Assembly (NCBI RefSeq): GCF_030028105.1
Contig: NC_092376.1
Location: 87,866,733 to 87,930,732 of the forward strand
Source: Mobula birostris
Taxonomy: Eukaryota
Reading direction: 5' to 3'
DNA length: 64,000 bases
Shown: piece by piece, positions 11,631-22,416 of the stretch
Numbering within the stretch: position 1 is the stretch's first letter
How the letters are laid out: every line of letters begins with the position of its first letter
Notes under the pieces: model-generated
Seen by the model: the letters and a program-made list of their open reading frames with translations, nothing else
What the model was told of the DNA's origin: nothing
The model's database searches: none
Position numbers and translations under genes: made by a program

Positions 11631-13500
11631 TTCTTCTTCTTCTTCTACTCTACTTCCGACTGTTTAGACGCATCTGAGTGTATTATAGCCCTCTGCAGGA
11701 TGTATAATTAATTATAGAACTTCAAGGAACTCAAATTCTCGAATACAACCTAGTGTCAAGTATAAACTGAATGATAGACTCTTCAATCAGATGTTGAAGA
11801 TTGAATAGAAAACCAAAATAAATTTAAGCCAGATAGCCTCTTGAATAGCATGCTTCTTTCAATTTTGTATTGATTACAGCTCAGCAAAACATGCTGGACT
11901 GTCTCTGGGCTACCACAGTCACATAATCCAGTAGGATGTTTTCCTATTATCTTTAAATAATAGTTTAGCTACAATGCCCCAACCTAAGTCTTGTAAATTT
12001 CACCATATCGCTACGACTTAAAAGGTAACAGTCTGAGACCTTTTTAGCTAGTAGGTGACTAGAAAAATAATGCCTGCCCCTTAATTCATTTTTCCAATCC
12101 TCCTGCCACTTCTTCTCTGTACCTTTTTTAATCCTACTTCTCAATTCTACTCTGTCTAGGGGAACTCTAATTTCTACTTGCCTGCTCTGTAAGGAAGACT
12201 TTGCAATGCCATTCACAATTTCATTTCCTTCCACCCTAGCATGCCCAGGTATCCATGAAAATCTAACTGCACAACACATCTTCCCTACTCTAAACAACAC
12301 TAAGAGAATCTCAATAACTATTTCAGCACGAGCTTTTGATTTATTCCCTTTTATAGCCTCTAAGGTAGCAACAGAACCTGAACAGATGATAACCCTACGT
12401 GGTCGAGAGTCTTCTATCCACCATAAGGCCCAGAGGATTGCTAATAATTCTGTTGCAAAGACAGAAACACCATCTGAAACCCGGTGACCAATCTTAACTC
12501 CAAGTTGAGATGCATACATCCCAAATCCTGCCCTACTGCTCTCTGGGTCTACTGAGCCATCAGTAAAAATCTTCAGATGAGATCCCCATTTATTATTTAA
12601 ATATTCATTTGTGATCAACGCTGATGAAATTGCACTGCTTCCTTTAAGCTGAAAAAGGAGGAATAGGTCTACTTCTGGTTCTGGAAAGAGCCAAAAAGGG
12701 ACGGGTGGCAAGCAATTTTGGTCAACTATGTCTTCCTCAGTCAGTTTCAATTTCACAGCCTAGTTGTAAACCAAATCTAAAAATGGGTATCTTTTAATTT
12801 TACTTTGGTGCTCTGACTTCCCCTGCAAAAGACACTTTGATGGACAGCTGTGATTGAATCCATTTAGTTTTACCCAATACTGCAGGCCCAACTGAATTCA
12901 TCTTAAATGCAGAGGCACTTCTCCCATCTCCACACGTAATGCTTGGGCTGATGTTGTTCTAAAAGCTCCACAACAGAGTCTAAGTGCTTTGGACTGCACA
13001 ATGTCTAGTTTTCCAAGCACTACCGTAGCAGCAGAACCATAAACAATGCAACCATAATCTATAACTGATCTAATCATAGCTAGATATATTAAGTACATAG
13101 TTTCCCGGCCTGCTCCCCAGTCGCATCCAGCAATACTTCTCATAACATTTAAGACTTTCTCACACTTTCCAATTGTTTTATCTATATGAACCCTCCAAGT
13201 AAGTCTTTCATCAAACCAGACACTTAGAAATTTGAATACCTTGACTTTTTCTAGTGGAGAATTATATAGACACAATTCACAATCAGAAGTCTTTCTTCTA
13301 AAGCCAAAAATAATGTATTTGGACTTAGAAGCAGAAATCCTGAAACCCCATTTATTAGCCCAGTTTTCAACTGATCTTAAAGCCTTTTGTACCTGCCTTA
13401 ATATGTACTTGATGTTTCTTCCTCTTTTCCAGATTGCACCATCGTCTGCAAACAATGATTTGCCAAATCCTGTCCCTACCTGATCAAAGATAGTAAGTAT
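11631..13500 (-). mobile_element. 5'-truncated Nimb/I-group LINE with RNase H
   Basis: (GAA)n tail at 11631-11646; TSD tgYcagtacctc at 11619-11630 and 13501-13512; RT, RNase H and CCHC coding. Confidence 0.85.
11750..13490 (-). pseudogene. Nimb-type ORF2 remnant: RT C-half, RNase H, CCHC knuckle
   Basis: FADDGAIWKRGRN; IFTDGSVDP...SVFATELLAI...WIPGHARVEGNE; RLRLGH; HPTGLCDCGSPETVQHVLLSC; broken by stops and frameshifts. Confidence 0.85.
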
Positions 13501-14959
13501 TGTCAGTACCTCCAGTTGAACTCTGTCTTTCTGTGTGTTTCCCCCTTGCCGTCAGTCTGTGGGTTTGTATTGCCATGTGCTCCTGTCCCCACTCCTGCTC
13601 TACTCCAGCCCCTGTATATTACTGAGTACTCCGTCTCTCATCTGTTTCTCATTATTACTGTACCTGTATTGCTGCCAGCTGTGTCTCATTGTGCTCCACC
13701 TATCATCTGCCTCTCTGTTTATTTCTGAGTGAATTTCAGTCCTGTGTTTTCACCTGTTTGTTGCCAGATTGTGCCAGTGAATTTTCTTGAGCCTTTCCAA
13801 CATTTGTATCTGTACTCTGTCTGTCTGAATATTGACTCTGTCTGTTTCCTGCCTCTGGTTTTTGGATTTCTCTGGATGTTTTGATCTCTGCCTGAACTGT
13901 GTGCACAGTACTGGGTCTGTGATTGGATCCCTGCTCCAGTGCCCTGATACCTTTCCATGATCTCTCCTTCTAACTGCTGCTGTGCACCTTCAACCTATTA
14001 ATCAGAATGCTTCACTGTGTGAACTCTCTTTTACTGAACCCTATTTGTCAAGGCAATTCAGGAAGTCCATTCCTCAGTAATTCTCAGCCTTACGATATCA
14101 CACACTCTCACTCAACTTTTTGCAGTGTTCTGAAAACACATAGTGAAAAATAGTAACAATTTATTTGTTAAAACTACTGTTGATAATCTGATTATAGTGT
14201 TTGGAAACAATAAACAGGAATGTTCTGGAATGATCCCTTACAATGAAATGTCTAAGGCAAAAGGTGACCTTCTAGTGCCAACATGTGGAAGTTAGAGCAT
14301 AGATGAACCTTTTGTGCCTTTACCTCTGCAGCGTTCACCACTATTCTGTTTAAACTAGCTTAAACCAATGAAAGGTCATTATGATAGATCTTTGCTCAGT
14401 GAAGATGGAGATTTCTTGTTTCCTGCATTGATGAACAGTTTACCTGCTGGATTTATTAATGATTAGAAGTCAAGATGGATGTGAGCCCATAGTAGTTTGG
14501 CAGCAACCTCATTTTAGGAGACACAAGTCTCATTTTAGGAGACATTTAGATTCTGCAATCAGTTCCTTACCTCTATGGATGTTTTACTCTCTCTATCTCT
14601 GGGATCTGTGATCTCTTGGTTCGTTATTTGGAGGTTCTTGATTGTCTAAAAGCTGAGAAGACCTAACAGTAAATATATTGAGAGGGTGAAAGGGATTCAA
14701 AGGGATTTCCCTGCCTGAAGCTATTCTGGAAGAGCAGGAGGCCCAGTTAGTGTGGTACCATGACTGGACTCCCCACCAAACACATAACACTTATCAGTAC
14801 ATCAGAATGTAAGGAACAGTTGTCATTCTAGTGGAATAGCCTGGTGATCTAACTACTGTTTTAAATGTTCTCCTCTTCTCACCCTGACAGCACTCAGTGT
14901 TCCAACTCATCAAGGCTTACCTCAACAACAGCTCTCCCTCTTACTACCCACTACTCAGA

Positions 14960-15075
14960 AAGACAAGGCCACCAAGCTATGGGCAACACTACCACTTCCA
15001 AATTTCACTCCAAATTACACACTACTCTGACTTGTAAAATTATTATCTTTCCTTCAGCATCTCTCAGCCAAAGTG
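14960..15075 (+). mobile_element. Old CR1/L2-group 3' fragment
   Basis: atgggcaacactaccacttccaaatttcactccaaattacacactactctgacttg resembles an elasmobranch LINE 3' region; recognised by eye only. Confidence 0.4.
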
Positions 15076-15419
15076 CTGGTGCCAAACAGATTGCTTTCTC
15101 CTGTGTGATGCGAACTTCTCAAGGTCCTTTGTAGCTGCACTTCTGAAGGGAAGTGACGAATATTACAGTGCACTGCTGTCTGTCGATGGTAGAAATATCA
15201 GGAGGGTTCACTCACTCAGAATGTGCAGCATCTGATCTGCCTATATAGACACAGCTTTTCTGTTGCTAATGATGGAGGAGAGATGTCTGGGCCTAGAAAC
15301 TTGCTTTACAGTGATGCCTAAAAGATGAAATGATTGCAGCCAATGACTACAGCACTCACTTCACTTTCTGCTAGTAATCCATTTATGATTCTTATTGACA
15401 CAGGGTCACAGAATTAAAT

Positions 15420-15980
15420 GGCACAGCTACAAACTCTTTTTTCAACCCATGCCAACTGATCTAGCCAATATCTCTCTAAATCTTTCCTATCTATTGAGCT
15501 GTACAAATATGTTTTAAAGATTGTAATTGTATGCACCTCCACCATTTCCTCTGTCAGATAATTCAATATATCAACCACTCTCAGTGTGAAAAAATTGCCC
15601 TGTGGCTCCCATTAAAACTTACCTTCTCACCTTCAACCTATGCTATGAGCCTAGGAATAAAACTGTGAGCATACATCTTATTTATGTGTCTCCTGATTTT
15701 ATATACCACTGATCAGGTTCCTTCACTCGAAGCAAAACAGTCCCAGCCAGCCTAGTCTCTCCTTCGAACTTAAATCCTCTCGTCCCATCAACGTCCTTGT
15801 GAATTGTTTTTACACTCCATTTCCTACACGTTGGTGACCAGGCCTGCACACAATATGCCAGCTGTAGTCTTAGCAATGTCTTGTACAGCTGTAAAGTGGC
15901 ATCCTGATTCCTGTATTCAATGATTCATCTGCTGAAAGCAAGTGGACCATACGCTTTCTTCATGTCCTGTCTATTTGTGT
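15420..15980 (-). mobile_element. CR1 3' fragment
   Basis: RLQLAYCVQAWSP motif and CR1 3'UTR. Confidence 0.75.
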
Positions 15981-18093
15981 TCCATTGGTGAGAACTGGTG
16001 AGTAATTGATACTTGCAGACTCAAAAATATCTTACATCACTTTGCTGATGATTGAAAATAAATGGATGAGGGAAGCAGTTGTGAAATCCATGGCTGCCTT
16101 CCTTTGGGACATACTGGTTATTTGGGGCATGAACTCCAATGAGTTCAATAGTTGAACAGTTGAATACAGTAAATGGTTGTTGCATTGCAAACAGCCAGCT
16201 GCACACTCTTAGTGACTGAAAGCCAAACCCTCAGGCTATCTGGTCAAAAGGCAATCTGTGTTATTGAATGTTCATTCACAAATGGTGGCTATCTCTTCAG
16301 TCTTGTTTAAAATTTTCAATATGTTTTCTTAGGTGCTCAAACTAACTTAGTAAATATTACAAAAAATAACCACGTCTTCAAACCGGCAGCTGGTCTCTCT
16401 CATTCTTTGAATGTAATTGGAGTGCTAATATTAAGTTTAAGTTGTGCTGGCTTGTGCAGCCTGAAAACTGAGAGGTTTGCACAGGACTGCACACCACCTT
16501 TGGACACCACAAGGGATAGACCAGAGCAGCACATGGGCAGATATTGTCAAATGAGACCATGCCAGGAAATAGAACATTCAGGGAAGTCCTGGAATAAACT
16601 CTGGTGTCGGGTCAGAATATTTACCACCTGGAGTGACAATGGAGCAGATTGGATTTACTTGTTTTCAGTGGATAACACATGCCTGCTAAGCAGCATAGAA
16701 TGTAGAATAGTACAGCACAGCACAGGCCCTTCAGCCCACAATGTTGTGCCGACCCTCAAACCCTGCCTCCCATGTAAGCCCCCACCTTAGATTCCTCCAT
16801 ATACCTGCCTAGTAGTCTCTTAAACTTCACTAGTGTATCTGCCTCCACCACCTACTCAGGCAGTGCATTCCACACACCAACCACTCTCTGAGTAAAAAAC
16901 CTTCCTCTGATATCCCCCTTGAACTTCCCACCCCTTACCTTAAAGCCATGTCCTCTTGTATTGAGCAGTGGTGCCCTGGGGAAGAGGCACTGGCTATCCA
17001 CTCTATCTATTCCTCTTATTATCTTATACACCTGTATCATGTCTCCTCTCATCCTCCTTCTCTCCAAAGAGTAAAGCCCTAGCTCCCTTAATCTCTGATC
17101 ATAATCCATACTCTCTAAACCAGGCAGCATCCTGGTAAATCTCCTCTATACCCTTTCCAATGTTTCCACATCCTTCCTATAGTGAGGTGACCAGAACTGG
17201 ACACAGCACTCCAAGTGTGGCTGAACCAGAGTTTTATAGAGCTGTATCATTACATCACGACTCTTAAACTCTATCCTTCAACTTATGAAAGCTAACACCC
17301 CATAAGCTTTCTTAACTACCCTATCCACCTGTGAGGCAACTTTCAGGGATCTATGGACATGTACCCCCAGATCCCTCTGCTCCTCCACACTACAAAGTAT
17401 CCTGCCATTTACTTTGTACTCTGCCTTTGTGTTTGTCCTTCCAAAGTGTACCACCTCACTCTTCTCCGGGTTGAACTCCATCTGCCACTTCTCAGCCCAC
17501 TTCTGCATCCTATCAATGTCTCTCTGCAATCTTTGACAATCCTCTACACTATCTACAACACCACCAACCTTTGTGTCATCTGCAAACTTGCCAACCCACC
17601 CTTCTACCCCCACATCCAGGTCGTTAATAAAAATCACGAAAATTAGAGGTCCCAGAACAGACCCTTGTGGGACACCACTAGTCACAATCCTCCAATCTGA
17701 ATGTACTCCCTCCACCACAACCCTCTACCCTCTGCAGGTAAGCTAATTCTGAATCCACCTGGCCAAACTTCCCTGGATCCCATGCCTTCTGACTTTCTGA
17801 ATAAGCCTGCCATGTGGAACCTTGTCAAATGCCTTACTGAAATCCATAAAGATCACATTCACTGCACTACCCTCATCTATATGCCTGGTCACCTCCTCAA
17901 AGAACTCTATCAGGCTTGTTAGACACGATCTGCCCTTCACAAAGCCATGCTGACTGTCCCTGATCAGACCATGATTCCCGAAATGCCCAGAGATCCTATC
18001 TCGAAGAATCTTTTCCAACAGGTTTCCCACCACAGATGTAAGGCTCACTGGTCTATAATTACCCAGACTATCCCTACTACCTTTTTTGAACAA

Positions 18094-21000
18094 AGTCATA
18101 GTCATAGTCATAGTCATACTTTATTAATCCCGGGGGAAATTGGTTTTCGTTACAGTTGCTCCATAAACAATAAATAGTAATAGAACCATAAATAGTTAAA
18201 TAGTAATATGTAAATTATGAAATAAGTCCAGGACCAGCCTATTGGCTCAGGGTGTCTGACCCTCCAAGGGAGGAGTTGTAAAGTTTGATGGCCACAGGCA
18301 GGAATGACTTCCTATGACGCTCTGTGCTGCATCTTGGAGGAATGAGTCTCTGGCTGAATGTACTCCTGTGCCCATCCAGTACATTATGTAGTGGATGGGA
18401 GACATTGACCAAGATGGCATGCAACTTAGATAGCATCCTCTTTTCAGACACCACCGTGAGAGAGTCCAGTTCCATCCCCACAACATCACTGGCCTTACGA
18501 ATGAGTTTGTTGATTCTGTTGGTGTCTGCCACCCTCAGCCTGCTGCCCCAGCACACAACAGCAAACATGATAGCACTGGCCACCACAGACTCATAGATCA
18601 TCCTCAGCATCGTCCGGCAGATGTTAAAGGACCTCAGTCTCCTCAGGAAATAGAGACGGTTCTGGCCCTTCTTGTAGACAGCCTCAGTGTTCTTTGACCA
18701 GTCCAGTTTATTGTCAATTCGTATCCCCAGGTATTTGTAATCCTCCACCATGTCAACACTGACCCCCTGGATGGAAACAGGGGTCACCAGTACCTTAGCT
18801 CTCCTCAGGTCTACCACCAGCTCCTTAGTCTTTTTCACATTAAGCTGCAGATAATTCTGCTCACACCATGTGACAAAGTTTCCTACCGTAGCCCTGTACT
18901 CAGCCTCATCTCCCTTGCTGATGCATCCAACTATGGCAGAGTCATCCGTAAACTTCTGAAGATGACAAGACTCTGTGCAATAGTTGAAGTCCGAGGTGTA
19001 AATGGTGAAGAGAAAGGGAGACAAGACAGTGCCCTGTGGAGCCCCAGTGCTGCTGATCACTCTGTCGGACACACAGTGTTGCAAGCACACGTACTGTGGT
19101 CTGCCAGTCAGGTAATCAAGAATCCATGATACCAGGGAAGCATCCACCTGCATCGCTGTCAGCTTCTCTCCCAGCAGAGCAGGGCGGATGGTGTTGAACG
19201 CACTGGAGAAGTCAAAAAACATGACCCTCACAGTGCTCGCTGGCTTGTCCAGGTGGGCGTAGACACGGTTCAGCAGGTAGATGATGGCATCCTCAACTCC
19301 TAGTCGGGGCTGGTAGGCGAACTGGAGGGGATCTAAGTGTGGCCTGACCATAGGCCGGAGCAGCTCCAGAACAAGTCTCTCCAGGGTCTTCATGATGTGG
19401 GAGGTCAATGCCACCGGTCTGTAGTCATTGAGGCCGCTGGGGCGCGGCGTCTTCGGCACAGGGACGAGGCAGTACGTCGTCCACAGTACAGGAACCCTCC
19501 GGAGCCTCAGGCTCAGGTTGAATTCATGGCGAAGTACTCCACATAGCTGAGGGGCACAGGCTTTGAGCACCCTGGTACTGACACCATCTGGTCCTGCAGC
19601 CTTGCTTGAGTTGAGACGTTTCAGCTGTCTTCTCACCTGTTCAGCTGTGAAGCCCACCGTGGTGGTTTTGTGTGGGGGAGTGGTATAGTCATGAGAGCAG
19701 GGTGGGGGACTGTGAGGAGGGGTAGGAGGGAGAGTGGAATATGTGTTGATTGGGGGCCGACAATAGATGGCTCATGTGGGGGATGGGCAGGGGCCACACT
19801 GTCAAATCTGTTAAAGAACAGGTTAAGTTCATTGGCCCTGTCCACACTGCCTTCCTCTCCATTGCTAGTTTGCCAGAACCCAGTGATGTTCCTCATCCCC
19901 CTCCAGACCTCTCTCATGTTGTTCTGCTGGGGTTTCCACTCAAGCTTCCTCCTGTACCTGTCTTTAGCCTCCCTGATCCTGGCTTTCAGGTCACTCTGTA
20001 TTGCCCTCAGCTCCTCCCTATTTCCATCTCTAAACGCCCTCTTTTTAGCGTTCAGGATGTCCTTAATGTCCTTTGTCATCCATGGCTTGTTATTTGAATA
20101 ACAAAGGACAGTTCTTGTCGGAACATTGCAATCCACACAGAAGTTGATGTAATCAGTGATGCATTCTGTGAGCCCATCAATATCCTCTCCATGTGGCTCA
20201 CAGAGTGCCTGCCAGTCTGTCACCTCAAAACAACCCTGCAGCGCCCCATAAGCCTCCTCCGACCATTTCCTCACTGTCCTCGAGGTTGCAGGTTTACTCT
20301 TCACCAGAGGCATGTAGCAGGGTTTTAGGTGCACCAGGTTGTGATCTGACCTTCCCAATGGGGGAGGGGAGAGGAGCTGTATGCATCCTTAACGTTAGCG
20401 TACATCAAATCCAGAGTCCTCTCCCCTCTGGTTGTACAGCTCACATACTGCGTGAAGTTGGGCAGTGTTCTAGCCATGGTAACCTGGTTGAAGTCACCCG
20501 AGATGGTAATGAGGGCACTCGGGTGCTGGGTTTGTAATCTGGCTATGATGGTGTAGATGATGTTACACGCCGACGTCGGGTTGGCAGAAGGAGGGATGAA
20601 CACAACAACCACAATTGCATGTGAGATTTCCCTTGGCAAATAATATGGCCGGAGTCCAACAGCAAAAAGTTCAATATCCAGGCTACAGACCCGTTCCTTA
20701 ATCGTAATATGCCCAGAATTGCACCATTTGTTATTTATCAGAACCGTCAGCCCCCCACCTTTATGCTTACCGCTCTCTGTGCAATTCTGGTCAGCTCAAA
20801 CTGTCTGGAAGCCCTCTATGGAAACACTTTGATTGGGCATGTCCTCGTGCAGCCACGTTTTAGTGAAGCACATGACACTGCTCTCCCAAAATGTTCTCTG
20901 ACTCCTGACAAGCGCAGTCAGTTTGTCCATTTTATTCCCCAGCGATCTCATATTTCCCGTGATAAGAGAGGGGAGACACGGCTTATAACTTCTCTTCTCC

Positions 21001-21370
21001 AAAAGCCTCTGTTGTCTCGACCGGATCCTCTTCCCTCGCCTTTTTGATCCCCCTCTGCATCCTCTGTGCGTTTTCCTCCAGGTTTCAGCCGGTATATCCC
21101 CTGCTCTGTTCACTAAACCGGCGGGCATGAGCTTAATCAATTGGTCCCTGGAATACACAATGTGGCCATCCTGCTGCCACACTAACGAGACGTGTCCGAA
21201 TGTAACTAATTCCAGCGCTAAAAAAACAAGTAAAACTCTCTCCACCAGCATGTTAGAGAGGATTCAGCTTCAATGTGTTACCGTGAGAAAAAGAAATATA
21301 ACAAATAACTAAGTTGAAAAGTTTAAAAGTAAGAAACTGCGGAGCAACTGTAACCGGCGCATGCACACAG
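18094..21370 (-). mobile_element. Near full-length Rex1/Babar LINE, about 3.3 kb
   Basis: (AGTCAT)4 tail on the + strand at 18094-18117; gggattaataaagta 3' motif; short TSD ACAA at 18090-18093 and 21371-21374; APE and RT coding; about 120-nt 5'UTR. Confidence 0.9.
18239..21251 (-). pseudogene. Rex1 single ORF (APE endonuclease + RT), frameshifted
   Basis: YSRDQL, RGCRGG, GNMRSLGNK, SGDFN, TLDLMY, SDHNLV, KAAGPDGV, YRPVALTS, FFDFSSAFNTI, GAPQGTVLSP, FTDD across four consecutive ORFs. Confidence 0.9.
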
Positions 21371-22300
21371 ACAAGGGGACAACATTCACCTCCCTCCAAT
21401 CCTCTGGTACCATTCCCGTGGACAACGAGGACATGAAGATCCTAGCCAGAGGCTCAGCAATCTCTTCCCTCGCCTCGTGGAGCAGCCTGGGGAATATTCC
21501 GTCAGGCCCCAGGAATTTATCCATTCTAATGTATTTTAACAACTCCAACACCTCCTCTCCCTTAATATCAACATGCTCCAGAACATCAACCTCACTCATA
21601 TTGTCCTCACCATCATCAAGTTCCCTCTCATTGGTGAATACCGAAGTGAAGTATTCATTGAGGACCTCACTCACTTCCACAGCCTCCAGGCATATCTTCC
21701 CACCTTTATCTCTAATCGGTCCTACCTTCACTCCTGTCATCCTTTTGTTCTTCACAAAATTGAAGAATGCCTTGGGGTTTTCCTTTACCCTACTCGCCAA
21801 GGCCTTCTCATGCCCCCTTCTTGCTTTTCTCAGTCCCTTCTTAAGCTCCTTTCTTGCTTCCCTATATTCCTCAATAGACCCATCTGATTCTTGCTTCCTG
21901 AACCTCATGTATGCTGCCTTCTTCCACCTGACTAGATTTTCCACCTCACTTGTCACCCAGGGTTCCTTCACCCCACCACTCTTTACCTTCCTCTTGGGGA
22001 CAAGTGAATGTTTTACAGCAGAATGTTTTAGCTGCAATCAATCGTTTAGTAAAAGAATAACCACAATGCTGAGGAAGCATTTGTCATATTTATTAATAGG
22101 AATGTTCTTACACACTTATTGCAAGTTACTTGTTATCTTCCACCAAAGGAATTTAGTACAAAGTCTGAGTGCCTGATTGTTGTATTTTCTTTTTCTCTCA
22201 GCCAGTTAAATCATACTTGTCAGGGAAGGACAGGTGGTTTGAGCAGCAACTGATAATGCGATATTGCCTCAACAACACATTGGCCTAAATACAGTGCAGG

Positions 22301-22416
22301 GGCAGGTCAATGTGTCACCACCAGACAGACTGTTGAATACAGGACAGTGGCAGGTCAATGTGTCACCACCAGACAGACTGTTGAATACAGGACAGTGATA
22401 GGTCAATGTTTCACCA
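22301..22416. repeat. 48-bp tandem repeat, about 2.4 copies
   Basis: ggcaggtcaatgtgtcaccaccagacagactgttgaatacaggacagt twice identically, plus a diverged partial copy. Confidence 0.9.

Larger units (their letters stand above)
11619..13949. mobile_element. Solo LTR (Gypsy-like, about 450 bp, body 13501-13949), split by a LINE
   Basis: Starts TG, ends cctgata (mutated TGACA); 5-bp TSD CCTTT at 11614-11618 and 13950-13954; pyrimidine-rich LTR-like body. Confidence 0.75.
16696..22003 (-). mobile_element. Young 5'-truncated CR1 LINE (ORF2 RT), interrupted by Rex1 at 18094-21370
   Basis: GPDGIFPRLL...PEDWREVNVVPL|FKKGSRDSLGNYRPVSLTS...DFSKAFDKVPH...[11 protein letters not shown]...FADDTK...LGLYSLERRRMRGD; the frame joins across the insertion. 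Confidence 0.92.

Noticed and set aside
11750-13490. Domesticated RNase H/RT gene
   Set aside because: Stops, frameshifts, a (GAA)n tail and a TSD mark an ordinary dead LINE copy.
17743-18117. ORF starting MTMTMTMT
   Set aside because: Artefact of the Rex1 tail repeat fused in frame to the interrupted CR1 ORF2.
21361-22176. 271-aa + strand ORF and similar ORFs at 12206, 18324, 19670 and 34793
   Set aside because: Antisense shadows of LINE ORFs on the opposite strand.
22301-22416. Direct repeats resembling a CRISPR array (also 44681-44812)
   Set aside because: Head-to-tail tandem units without unique spacers, no cas genes, vertebrate DNA.
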